Assembly: GCA_964447175.1 (NCBI GenBank)
Contig: CAYURP010000012.1
Location: 1,110 to 65,109 of the forward strand
Direction: 5' to 3'
DNA length: 64,000 nt
Source of the DNA: an uncultured Ignavibacteria bacterium
GTDB lineage: Bacteria > Zixibacteria > MSB-5A5 > SM23-73-2
Of the stretch, positions 16,175-26,200 are shown piece after piece. The position numbers were made by a program, and so were the translations under genes. How positions within the stretch are numbered: the stretch's first letter is position 1; every line of letters begins with the position of its first letter. Under the pieces are notes generated by a model. That model made no database searches. It was not told the origin of the DNA and worked only from the letters and a program-made list of their open reading frames with translations.

Positions 16175-18601
16175 TTATGGGGTTGAACATAATGGTGCTG
16201 GTCCATTCCTAAAAAGATAATTGATGAGATAAACAACATCAGCTATTGTTACTTCATTATCGCCATTTATGTCACCACAGGTGGTGTATGGCTCGGGCAG
16301 GCATTTGGGTGGAACTCCGCTCTTTAGGATGTAGTTTACCAGATAAACGACATCCACTATATCAGCAACAGTATCGTTGTTTACGTCTCCGCAAAGCGGG
16401 GCACACTCAAATATCCAGACTTGGAAGTCGTCAATGCCTGCCTCCACAACCGAACCGTCGCCCAGATCCGAAGCTTCAAAACGAACCTTAACCTGATTGG
16501 TCGGAGTGACGAAATCGCCTACCATAAAGGTATGTTCATTCCAACCGTCGGAGGTTGCAGGACCAATGGTCTCAACCAGATTCCAGTTGGTACCGTCGTC
16601 GTTGGAGACATAGACTTTAAACAGGTCGTTGTTAGGATCATTCCCATAATAATTAGTATACCACAAGGCGTAATGAACTACGGCGTCACTACCCCAGGTT
16701 AGATCCAGAATTGGCGAGATTAACCAGGTAATCCCATCATCCACATCGGAGTTACCATATTCATTATCCGTGAGGTAACACTGACCCGAGCCGTCGAAAT
16801 CGGTAGGTGGATCACCTCGCTCGCCGCCGCCAGCCGGAACACCGCGATCCCATTGACCATCAGTAATATAGGGATCATTTTCCACGCTCCAGCCCAAATC
16901 GGTCTCGAAGCTATCAGCCCAGATAGGAAAAAGTTCCCCAACAATGGATGAATAAGTGTTAGCAGGAGCGTTAGCGGGTTGATACATTACCCCGGCTTCA
17001 GCAGCTTCGGCACTGAAATAGTATTCGGGCGTATCATCACAACTGGGTGCTGGTAACGTAGCCTGGTATAGATCGCCACCTAAAGGTGTCAATTCTGAGG
17101 TAAGATAGGTACCTTCATCATAACGGTAATGAAGCCTTCCTGTGCCCGGGACATAAGTATCGCCGATTTCCTCAATCTGTACTGTAATTGTGGTAGGAAC
17201 ATTGGGATCGATGTATTCAGGTGTCCCCTCTGGTAACAGTATTTGCAATGGACGTATAACCTTACTTAAACCCTTGATGCAGAAGTTTAACGTTCCGGTC
17301 CATAGTGAATCCTCATAGTAGTAGAGATCCATCCAGGTTGAGCCCTCGTGGTAATAACTCTGTCCGGGTTCGGCCACTGAATTCACAATGGCCTGATATC
17401 TTGCGCCCAATAAAACGGGAACATCCGAGGTTCGGTCATAGGCCTGACCTCCATCCGAGAGCTGCAGGTAAATATAGAAATCATCACCCTGTGTCACCGT
17501 TAGTGTGGTATCTAAATCAACTGTGTGAAATCCGGTAAACTCAATGAAGCCAGATTTTGTGGTGAGTTCGTCCAGAAGTTCTCCGCCTTCGAAACGATCG
17601 TAGATTTTCACCATGTAGTCCACGCTGTCCGTAGAGGTGTAGAAGCTGACTGCAGTTAACACTTCCTTACCCTGAGTAACCCCCACTCCAGTGAAGGCGT
17701 TGAAAGCCTCGCTACAATCCTCTTTAGTGTCCCGCCACCCGTGATAATCGTGATAGTAGACGTGATCATAAGCCATGCGTTGGACATTGTGCAAAGAAAC
17801 TGCACCCATCTCCGGATGCTGGCAGGAGTGCTTATCATAATAGGAAATCCAGAAATAGCCATCCAGACCCCAGCTGCTTCCCCAGCTGTTCTTGCACAGC
17901 CAGGCTCCGGGCTGGGGAGCCTGGGTAACCCGATTGTCATCCCATCCCACAATAGCCACAGCATGATTGGGATCATAGGTACTGCTGGGCGGCTGATAAT
18001 GGTTATAATTGGCGTCGATAAAGGATGCATCATAACACATACAGGTCCCCATAACCCCTTCATCCATTATCTTCTGTTTAATGGTATTAATGTTACTCAA
18101 ATCCGTCTGGGCCACAAACCACTCAATGTCCCGGGCATAATAGTGGTGATAACTGGTGTCGGTTCTTTCTGGGGCTGTGCCATAGGATTGTCCATCAATA
18201 TCCCTTACCGCCCCCTCACCGCGGGATAGATAGGCTGAGGTAACCAGATAATCCCCACCTTGATGTACCGTAAGACCACTACCACCCGGATCGTCATCGT
18301 TGTTGAAGGTATTGAATCCGTTCCACCAATCCAAATGGTATTCAGCCAGATTCGGCTCTCCGGTTTCACCTGCTGCTGTCCAGTTCCCCGTCATAAGCAG
18401 GTTGCCCTCCATGGAAGCCATAGCTCCATGCGTCCAGCAGGTGCCTCCGGTCTGGCTCTTAACAGAGCTCACGTAGTTATTGCCTCCCACATCTCGTAAA
18501 TCAAAGGAGCTGGGAGGATCTGCCAAAGAGGTGGTAAAAAAAGACATGGCAAAAAAGACGATTAAGACAAAGCTGACAAAAATCCTCATACGTTTCAGCA
18601 T
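16175..18601 (-). CDS. Secreted papain-family (C1A) cysteine peptidase with lectin-like/beta-sandwich domains and C-terminal dockerin
   Basis: [37 protein letters not shown]; C-terminal [21 protein letters not shown]...[23 protein letters not shown]. Confidence 0.92.
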   Translation of the reverse strand: MLKRMRIFVSFVLIVFFAMSFFTTSLADPPSSFDLRDVGGNNYVSSVKSQTGGTCWTHGAMASMEGNLLMTGNWTAAGETGEPNLAEYHLDWWNGFNTFNNDDDPGGSGLTVHQGGDYLVTSAYLSRGEGAVRDIDGQSYGTAPERTDTSYHHYYARDIEWFVAQTDLSNINTIKQKIMDEGVMGTCMCYDASFIDANYNHYQPPSSTYDPNHAVAIVGWDDNRVTQAPQPGAWLCKNSWGSSWGLDGYFWISYYDKHSCQHPEMGAVSLHNVQRMAYDHVYYHDYHGWRDTKEDCSEAFNAFTGVGVTQGKEVLTAVSFYTSTDSVDYMVKIYDRFEGGELLDELTTKSGFIEFTGFHTVDLDTTLTVTQGDDFYIYLQLSDGGQAYDRTSDVPVLLGARYQAIVNSVAEPGQSYYHEGSTWMDLYYYEDSLWTGTLNFCIKGLSKVIRPLQILLPEGTPEYIDPNVPTTITVQIEEIGDTYVPGTGRLHYRYDEGTYLTSELTPLGGDLYQATLPAPSCDDTPEYYFSAEAAEAGVMYQPANAPANTYSSIVGELFPIWADSFETDLGWSVENDPYITDGQWDRGVPAGGGERGDPPTDFDGSGQCYLTDNEYGNSDVDDGITWLISPILDLTWGSDAVVHYALWYTNYYGNDPNNDLFKVYVSNDDGTNWNLVETIGPATSDGWNEHTFMVGDFVTPTNQVKVRFEASDLGDGSVVEAGIDDFQVWIFECAPLCGDVNNDTVADIVDVVYLVNYILKSGVPPKCLPEPYTTCGDINGDNEVTIADVVYLINYLFRNGPAPLCSTP

Positions 18602-18737
18602 GTTTAAGTCCTTTGTTAATAAATTAATGTTTATATTCTAAAGCCAAAACACTTGGCAGGTTAAATTAATATGGTAGAAGCCAACTTCTCCCTACAACTC
18701 AAAAAATCTTAAGTTGCATTCCCACTTTTATCAATTT

Positions 18738-18765
18738 AATATAACTGTTTACACAAAAATGTCAA
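18738..18765 (-). promoter_or_regulatory. Sigma70-like promoter for C1A peptidase
   Basis: TTGACA-16 nt-TATATT on minus strand. Confidence 0.5.
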
Positions 18766-18927
18766 GAGTTGTTCTTGATCTAAAAATGAGAAAATGCGAA
18801 GTGATTTGAGATAACTCCATTAACAGAAGTTTATAGAATGTTATATCTTAATTAGGACAAGTCACAACAATCTTAAGGATTTAAGATCTAAAACCTGAAA
18901 GCCCCCCATAGACAATTAAAGGAAGAT

Positions 18928-19644
18928 TTATCTTATAATGTCACCTATTCTTTCCCATCTGACCCTTTTGTAAAAATGGGTGATATTATAAAACAGGGAA
19001 CCCGGATAGGATAAGGGATTAACCCAGCTGAATTCCGGAGCTTTGGGATCCGGTGCCCAGGATAGATGCAGGACCATAGCTTTGCCCAGGAGATATTTTC
19101 TCTCCAGAGGTCCCCAGAAGCGGCTGTCGTAACTATTATCCCGATTATCTCCCATTACAAAGATATAACCCCCAGGAATCTTGTAGGGACCATAGTTGTC
19201 CCGGTTGGAAACCGTAGATTGCAGTATCCTGGGATCTGTATGCTTGAGTTCTGTAGGTTCAGGAAATTTTTCACCATCCACATAAATTACCTTATTACGA
19301 ATCTCCACCACCTGGCCCCCAACGGCAATACATCTTTTGATGTAGTTCACTGACGGATTGCCCGGATATTTGAATATCACCACATCCCCTGGCTTAGGCT
19401 CCCTGACAGCTGGTAAATGCGCATCGATCAAAGGAACCTTTGCCCCATAAATGAACTTGTTAGCTAAAAGAAAATCACCTATTAGAAGAGTATCTTCCAT
19501 TGAGCTGGAGGGAATCTTATAAGCTTCAACCACAGAACATTTTATCACCAAAGCCAGAATTAAAGCTACTGCAAAGGATTCAATATATTCCCTGAATACT
19601 GACTTTTTTCTCACCTCAGGTGTTTTTGGGATGTTCCTTTTCAT
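18928..19644 (-). CDS. lepB: Signal peptidase I
   Basis: IPSSSMEDTL, GDVVIF, YIKRCIA, FVMGDNRDNSYDSRFWG. Confidence 0.97.
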   Translation of the reverse strand: MKRNIPKTPEVRKKSVFREYIESFAVALILALVIKCSVVEAYKIPSSSMEDTLLIGDFLLANKFIYGAKVPLIDAHLPAVREPKPGDVVIFKYPGNPSVNYIKRCIAVGGQVVEIRNKVIYVDGEKFPEPTELKHTDPRILQSTVSNRDNYGPYKIPGGYIFVMGDNRDNSYDSRFWGPLERKYLLGKAMVLHLSWAPDPKAPEFSWVNPLSYPGSLFYNITHFYKRVRWERIGDIIR

Positions 19645-19720
19645 ATTCTTAAATTAATACGACTATTTGGGCGAATTGTTTCACTCTCTTATTAAATTCA
19701 ACATCAGTCAAACCAAATGA

Positions 19721-21658
19721 TTACCCTTCTTCCTCCTCCTCTTCCTCTGGGTGGGTTTCTTGTATCTGCAACCGGGTAAACTCCTTAGGATGTTTTTCCA
19801 TTAATTCCTCCTCAGAAACCCTTCCGGTCAGCATACTGAAGTTTACCGGATAGATGTCCGGATGCAGGAATACTGAAAAGAAATGCCAGACTACAATGGC
19901 AGTGGTTGCTAAAACTGCCTCGTAAAAGTGGACGCTTTTGAAAACGTCCAGAAGCCATATAGGCATAAAGCCCAGAAAGAAATTCTCAAACCACAGAGGT
20001 AAACCGGTGACAATCATCACTCCCGCTCCCCAGATCAAAGCCCAAAACTCGGCCTTCTCAGCATAATCATAATGGTCAAAACCAGGACGTTCTCGAATCA
20101 ATCCCAGATGATAGCTGATGTTCTTAATTAAAAGTATTATGTCCTCAGGTAGAGGGAATATTTTTCTAAACTGTTCCTTGCCCCTTTTAGTGAATAAGAT
20201 ATAATATAAATGATAAAGACAAACCAGAATAAAGATGACCCCCGCAATTCTGTGAACCAATCCCCTGAATGCCATTCCCGCCTCAGAATGGGTCATCCAG
20301 GAGAAAATCCACCAGTCAGGGAACCTCAAGGCTAAACCAGTATAAGCCAGGGTGGTAAAAGTTACCAGTAAGATCAGATGCTGGATTATCTCGTTTCTGG
20401 TGAATCTGATAATAGTATCACTGGCACTCCCTTTGAACCTTTTTACCACATATTTTAACATTACGATCAGGTTATGCAAAAGCATTCCGCCAATAATCAG
20501 AGGAATCAGGAGTAAATATATTCTCCTTATTAACCATACCCCGATATCCTTTTTGGTTTGGGGCTCAAGATGCAAAGAACCCTTAACGAAATTTGGACCA
20601 GCATTGGAATGACACTTACCACAGGTTTGAGAAAGATTATCTTTATGGGTGGCGGAGTTAGGATCGGATGAGGAAAGAATATTGTGATTCCCATGACAGT
20701 CAGCACAGCTGGCAGCATCCGGATCACCGGCTGTACTTACCACACCATGATAAAGATCAGTATAGGGCGTTTTTCTTTTAGTCGCCACCGCATACCTCCC
20801 TCCTATCCTTTCCTCGGAATGGCACCTGGAACAGGTAACCCGGGTGATATTAGGAGGATAAGTCAAGGAAGTTGGTTCCTTTGAAGTTTGGATGCTGTGA
20901 GCTCCGTGACAATCAATACAAACTGCAGCAGTCAAAATCCCTGCCTGGATAGCTTTTCCGTGCACATCCTTCTTGTATTCCTCATAAACATCCGGATGGC
21001 AATCCGAGCATAGTTGGGGAATCTTACCCCGGAAGCTGGGTGATTCGGGATCCAGGGAGGATCTGGTCTGGTGGCTTTGGTGACAATCAGAGCAGACTAA
21101 AATATCCACCATTCCCTCTTGCACAAGTTTACCGTGCACGCTCCTTTTATAAAGTTCTGCAGGACCCAGGTCATCCCGTTTCAACCCACCCACCAATGCA
21201 GATTTACTATGGCATTTACCGCATAATATCGGTTGATTTCCCCGATAAGCCTCAGATTCCGGATCTTCTACAGCTTTAACATTATGATAACCATGGCAAT
21301 TTATGCATCCGGGAGCTGAATTGAATCCTTGCTCATATCTTTTGCCATGGATACCGGCAAAAAACATCTGGGCTGCATTATCATGACAAGTCCCGCAGTC
21401 CACCTTCCCAGGTTTGGTTTCATGGGGTTCAGCCAAAACACCTGAATGACAGGTTATGCATTCAAATCCCCCATGTATTGAGCCCTGGAGAAAAGAGTAA
21501 TCCACAAAAAGGGATATCTCCTTACCAGCCTCATCAGTGCTGGTCAGGTCCTTCTCCCCGTGACACATCAAACACTCCTCATCGGTCTGAGCCAAAGCAG
21601 GAGAACAGGCAATTAAAAGAATTATCAGGATCACGATATTCTTGTTAAAACTCTTCAT
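19721..21658 (-). CDS. Multiheme cytochrome c (11 CxxCH) fused to a C-terminal FdnI-like cytochrome b domain
   Basis: CLMCH, CITCH, CGTCH, CINCH, CGKCH, CSDCH x2, CIDCH, CSRCH, CADCH, CGKCH; C-terminal IIQH..., LVHRIAG, YDYAEKAEFW, VHFYEAVLA..IVVWHF. Confidence 0.93.
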   Translation of the reverse strand: MKSFNKNIVILIILLIACSPALAQTDEECLMCHGEKDLTSTDEAGKEISLFVDYSFLQGSIHGGFECITCHSGVLAEPHETKPGKVDCGTCHDNAAQMFFAGIHGKRYEQGFNSAPGCINCHGYHNVKAVEDPESEAYRGNQPILCGKCHSKSALVGGLKRDDLGPAELYKRSVHGKLVQEGMVDILVCSDCHQSHQTRSSLDPESPSFRGKIPQLCSDCHPDVYEEYKKDVHGKAIQAGILTAAVCIDCHGAHSIQTSKEPTSLTYPPNITRVTCSRCHSEERIGGRYAVATKRKTPYTDLYHGVVSTAGDPDAASCADCHGNHNILSSSDPNSATHKDNLSQTCGKCHSNAGPNFVKGSLHLEPQTKKDIGVWLIRRIYLLLIPLIIGGMLLHNLIVMLKYVVKRFKGSASDTIIRFTRNEIIQHLILLVTFTTLAYTGLALRFPDWWIFSWMTHSEAGMAFRGLVHRIAGVIFILVCLYHLYYILFTKRGKEQFRKIFPLPEDIILLIKNISYHLGLIRERPGFDHYDYAEKAEFWALIWGAGVMIVTGLPLWFENFFLGFMPIWLLDVFKSVHFYEAVLATTAIVVWHFFSVFLHPDIYPVNFSMLTGRVSEEELMEKHPKEFTRLQIQETHPEEEEEEEG

Positions 21659-21836
21659 GTCAACTCCAGTCGATTGTATCTACCAAAATTATTAAATAGC
21701 GAATTAATTCACATAAGTTTTTTAAAATAACCCATCAAACTCTTTTGTCAAGATTTTTTTAGTACGTTTCCTGAAAAGACAATTTCATAATCAAAATTAG
21801 GGTGCCAGCCTGAAGCACTTTCCTTTTTCCAAATTC

Positions 21837-22117
21837 GTAGTTGCCTCATTTATGGGGCATGTATACGAGGATCGTAGTCACCCAATTTATTGGGCTTTTT
21901 TTAGCCAATCTATGTAATGCCAGAACCTGACTTAAGTCAGGTTCTGGAGATTTACATTTGGTATCACAGGTTGTTCCCCGGAACGTGCAGGCAACCTGTG
22001 TTACGAAAAAAAGACTGGAAAATGTAGCGTCCCCCTTCAGACGGGATGAAAATGGTGGGTGGCTCTGGATTTCCTGACCCAGAGGTACGAGGACAAGGTC
22101 AAAAGACCTTGTCCTAC
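21837..22117. repeat. Cluster of about 7 REP-like hairpins between divergent genes
   Basis: GTAG-TTGCCTCAT..ATGGGGCA (21837), GTAG-TCACCCAAT..ATTGGGC (21874), perfect 28-bp palindrome at 21920-21947, CACAGGTTG..CAACCTGTG-TTAC, GTAG-CGTCCC..GGGATG (22024), GGACAAGGTC-AAAA-GACCTTGTCC-TAC (22091). Confidence 0.82.
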
Positions 22118-22236
22118 CCACCTGTTTACAATCGATTTATGCATATTGGACAAAGCTTTATATTAATTGGCTTTTGGCGATTTTTTTCAAATTTTCCCTT
22201 GATTTTTTGAAACTTTCTTGTATTATATAATGAAGA

Positions 22237-23175
22237 GTGGAGAAACCTATAGATACAGTTTCTCGTCAGAGAGTGTATAAAAAACTTAGAAGTTTTTTAG
22301 GTGATAAGCTGAAACGAGATGAGATCTTAGCGCCTTATACCTATTTTAAGATCGGTGGACCTTGTGACTTCTTCTTTAATGCGGAAAAAATTGATGATCT
22401 GATCAATGCAGTTCTTTTAGCTCAGGAATTAAAGGTTAACTATTTCATTTTAGGCGAAGGAAGTAACCTTCTGGTTAGCGATAATGGTTTTAAAGGATTT
22501 ATAATAAAAAACAGCTGCCACAAAATTGAAGTAAACAAAAGCACGATTACCGCACAGTCCGGAGCTAAATTGAATGATTTAGTCAAGATGGCAACTTCTA
22601 ACTCTTTGACTGGAATGGAGTTCTGTGCCGGCATTCCGGGAACTGTGGGTGGTGCTGTGTGTGGAAATGCCGGGGCTTTTGGTCGTTCCATAGGAGAGTT
22701 TTTGAGTGAAGCTGTTTTGCTCAAAAAAGAAGGTGCAATTGATATTGTTGACAAAGACTATTTTGACTTTGATTACCGAGAAAGTGAATTAAAGAGATCT
22801 GGTGATACCCTGCTCTCAGCTTCTTTTCAATTGAAGAAGGGAAAAACGGAAAGGATAAAGTTAAAGGTGGAAAAGAATTTAGCCGAAAGAAATAAAAGGT
22901 TGCCCAAAAGAAGAAATTCCGCAGGGTGTTTTTTCAAAAATATTGTAACAGGTGATGGAAATAAGATATCTGCGGGATTGTTATTGGATCAGGTAAAAGC
23001 AAAGAAATTGAGAGTTGGTGATGCGGCTGTTTTTAACAAGCATGCTAATGTTCTGATAAACAGGGGCAAGGCTAAAGCCAAAGAGGTTAAAAAATTAGCT
23101 CGTATATTGAAGGATAGGGTAAAGAGAAGGTTTGGCCTTGAATTAGAAGAGGAAGTTAGACTTGTAGGATTTTGA
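22237..23175 (+). CDS. murB: UDP-N-acetylenolpyruvoylglucosamine reductase
   Basis: FKIGGP, LGEGSNLL, GIPGTVGGAVCGNAGAFG, FDYRES, SAGCFFKN, HANVLIN, LEEEV. Confidence 0.97.
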   Translation: MEKPIDTVSRQRVYKKLRSFLGDKLKRDEILAPYTYFKIGGPCDFFFNAEKIDDLINAVLLAQELKVNYFILGEGSNLLVSDNGFKGFIIKNSCHKIEVNKSTITAQSGAKLNDLVKMATSNSLTGMEFCAGIPGTVGGAVCGNAGAFGRSIGEFLSEAVLLKKEGAIDIVDKDYFDFDYRESELKRSGDTLLSASFQLKKGKTERIKLKVEKNLAERNKRLPKRRNSAGCFFKNIVTGDGNKISAGLLLDQVKAKKLRVGDAAVFNKHANVLINRGKAKAKEVKKLARILKDRVKRRFGLELEEEVRLVGF

Positions 23176-23224
23176 GGTGACACATAAAAAAAGGAGGTTT
23201 TCTATCGAAAATAGCTAAAGAGTT

Positions 23225-26200
23225 TTGAAAAGAGGTATTTATTTGATGTGTCTTTTTGACGAAAAGTTGAGGACCGTCAGGAGAGGTATGTTTGTCCTGT
23301 TTTTGGCGGTTTGTTTTTTTTCCCCATCACCTTTTCTTCAAGCCCAGGGGCTGAAAATCGAACTGGATTACAAAAGTCTATACATCCTTCCCCCGGAACC
23401 TCAAAAGGAGCAGGGTCTTTCCATCTCCACCTCCCCGCCTCTTCTTAAAAGCAAACTGCGTTTCAATAGAAAAGCAGATGTGGATTACGATCACGGTTAT
23501 GTTACCATTCATGATGAAATAGGATTGTATTCAATCTACCATCCTTTCAGCCTTAATCTTCACTCGTATATAGAGGCTAATAACCGGTCCAAATACAGAC
23601 AGGGCTGGCTTAATACCCTGAACAGCTCAATGAAGAAGGAGCAGAGTGAAAGAGCAGCAGGACTTTTAAATTTCGAAATACCGGTGAAATTTCCCAAGCT
23701 GGTTACCAAGATCATAGGGGAGGGGGGGCCAGGTTTAAGAGTCAATGGCTCTCGGAGGATTACCTTCTCCGGAAAAAGCAGCTGGGAGGAGGGGTTAAGA
23801 AATACCGCTACCTCGCGGCAGTCGAAATTCCCATCCCTGAATATGGAGCAAATCTCGCAGTTCACCATAACCGGAAATGTGGGAACCAAGGTATCGGTTA
23901 AGGTGGACCAGGACAGCAAACGCCAGAGCGATCTGGAAAATACCATGCACCTGAAATACACCGGCGACGAGGATGGAATTGTTCAGAGCATCGAGGCCGG
24001 TAATACTACCTTAAGTATGAGAAGCGGTCTCATGGGTTACAGCCAGAATGTGCAAGGCCTTTTCGGAATCAAAGCCCAGACCAAATTTGGAGGTTTGGAT
24101 TTGACCATGATTGCCAGCCAGGAGAAGGGTTCTACCCAGAAAGCTGAATTCCAAGCAGGAGCCGAAACCAACGTTACAATCATCCGGGATTACGAATATC
24201 TGCACCGTACCTTCTTCTACCTGGGGCAGGATGTGCTCTTAGGTCACCAGAAGGATGACTTTGGGGTGGGGGATAGCATCATCTATTTCAGACTCTACTT
24301 GAACGACAATGCGATCACCAACAACTCTGATCGCTTGCATGGTATAGCTTATGTTGATCCTGAAAATATTGACACTTCAAGTGAAGAGGTGGAATACAGA
24401 AGATTTGAGGAGATGGATTATGAGGATTATCAAGTATTTCTGGTTAAAAGCAAGACAGTCCATCCAAACGGCACTGTCACTTACCAGCTGCCTTATGTGG
24501 AGTTGAACAAGAGTCTGAATGAACAGGATGTTCTGGCAGTTTATTATGAAGTGTTGCGTGCAAATGGGAGTGTGGATACGGTAGGGAATCTGAATTACTA
24601 CAGCACTGGAAACACAGATGACGATACATCATACGTTCTGAAGTTGATTAAACACCACTATCCTAAAAACGACTACATCACCTGGGAATATGAATGGAGA
24701 AATGTCTATTACTTAAGAAGTAAGAATATGGATTCGGAGGGAATAGAAATAGACATATATAAAGGACCTAAAGGCGGGGAGAACATAAATCAGGATTTGA
24801 ATAACCAGGATGGAGTGAGGTATCTTGAGCTATTGGGCCTGGATCGATATAACACCAGAGGAGAATTGCAACCGGACGGTGTTTTCGATCAAAGCCAGCT
24901 GTTTATAGATAGAGGTTATCTGTTTTTCCCTCAAAGGCACCCCTTTGCCTCAGATTTGAGTTTTACCGGTAATCCGGAGGATACTTTGAAAGAAAAGATA
25001 TCCCAGATATATACTTCAAATGTCCAGCCAACCATAACTGAAGCCAGCAAATACTATATATACTCGAAGTCTGCTACTCGGAAATCAGAGTATTCCCTGG
25101 GTCATTCTCCCATCATTGAGGGTTCTGAAGTGGTTACCTTGAACGGAAGACATCTGACTCGGGGAACGGAATATAGCATTGTTTACGAGATAGGCTTAAT
25201 TAGATTTCTTACGGATGAGGCATTGGACCCTGATGCTCGGGTTACTATTGATTATGAATATGCACCTCTTTTTATGCCTGAAAGGAAAAGCCTTTTTGGA
25301 CTTCAGGGGAAATATGATTTTGGGGAGAAGCTGAATTTTGATTGGGTGGCTTTGTATAAAAGTGAGAAAAGTACGGAGGATCGTCCCCGGGTGGGGGAGG
25401 AGCCTACAAAGAATTTCGGTTGGGGAGGGACACTTACCTATAATTCACCGTCCCCGTTTTTGACCAATATGGTCGACGCTTTACCCCTTTTGGAAACTGA
25501 AGCTGAATCCAGAGTCAATTTCACTTTCCAGGGGGGAGGAAACGTGCCCAATCCTAACACTTTAGACAAAGCCTTTATCGATGATTTTGAATCTGCTCTG
25601 GATTACACTGATCTGGGAATCCGCAGAGGAACCTGGACCCTTTCCAGCCTACCCTATACCTCGTATCAGAGGGCTCGGATGTATTGGTATAATCCTTATG
25701 ATCAGGTGCGGATAGATGAGATCTGGCCCAACAAAGAAGCTTGGAGAGGGGAGAACAGAACCAATGTTTTAAACATTGTATTTCTCCCGGACCGGCCCCA
25801 GGCACCTGTTGATACCTTGACAGGGAAACCGGTCTGCAACGGGATAATGAGTCCCCTTTCTCAGGGTAACTATGACCAGTCAAGAAGAAGATTCCTGGAG
25901 ATCTGGGTCAGAGGTGATGTGGGAGCAATGCATGTGGATCTGGGACAGATCAGTGAGGATGTGATTCCCAATGGAAAAGTGGATACAGAGGATAAGTCAG
26001 TATATGGGCAAAGTGATGGAATCCTGGATGAGGATGAGGATACCGGATTGGATGGTTTGAGGGACAATATGGAACCAGGACATGAGGAGTATGCTGATCC
26101 CAATGGAGACGACTTTGAATATAAATCTGATGATAGATCACAAAGATACGATTACACCAGGATCAATGGCACAGAGGGAAACATCGACGATCCGGACAGA

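Noticed and set aside
21846-22121. 91-aa ORF across the REP cluster
   Set aside because: Entirely made of hairpin elements; no coding features.
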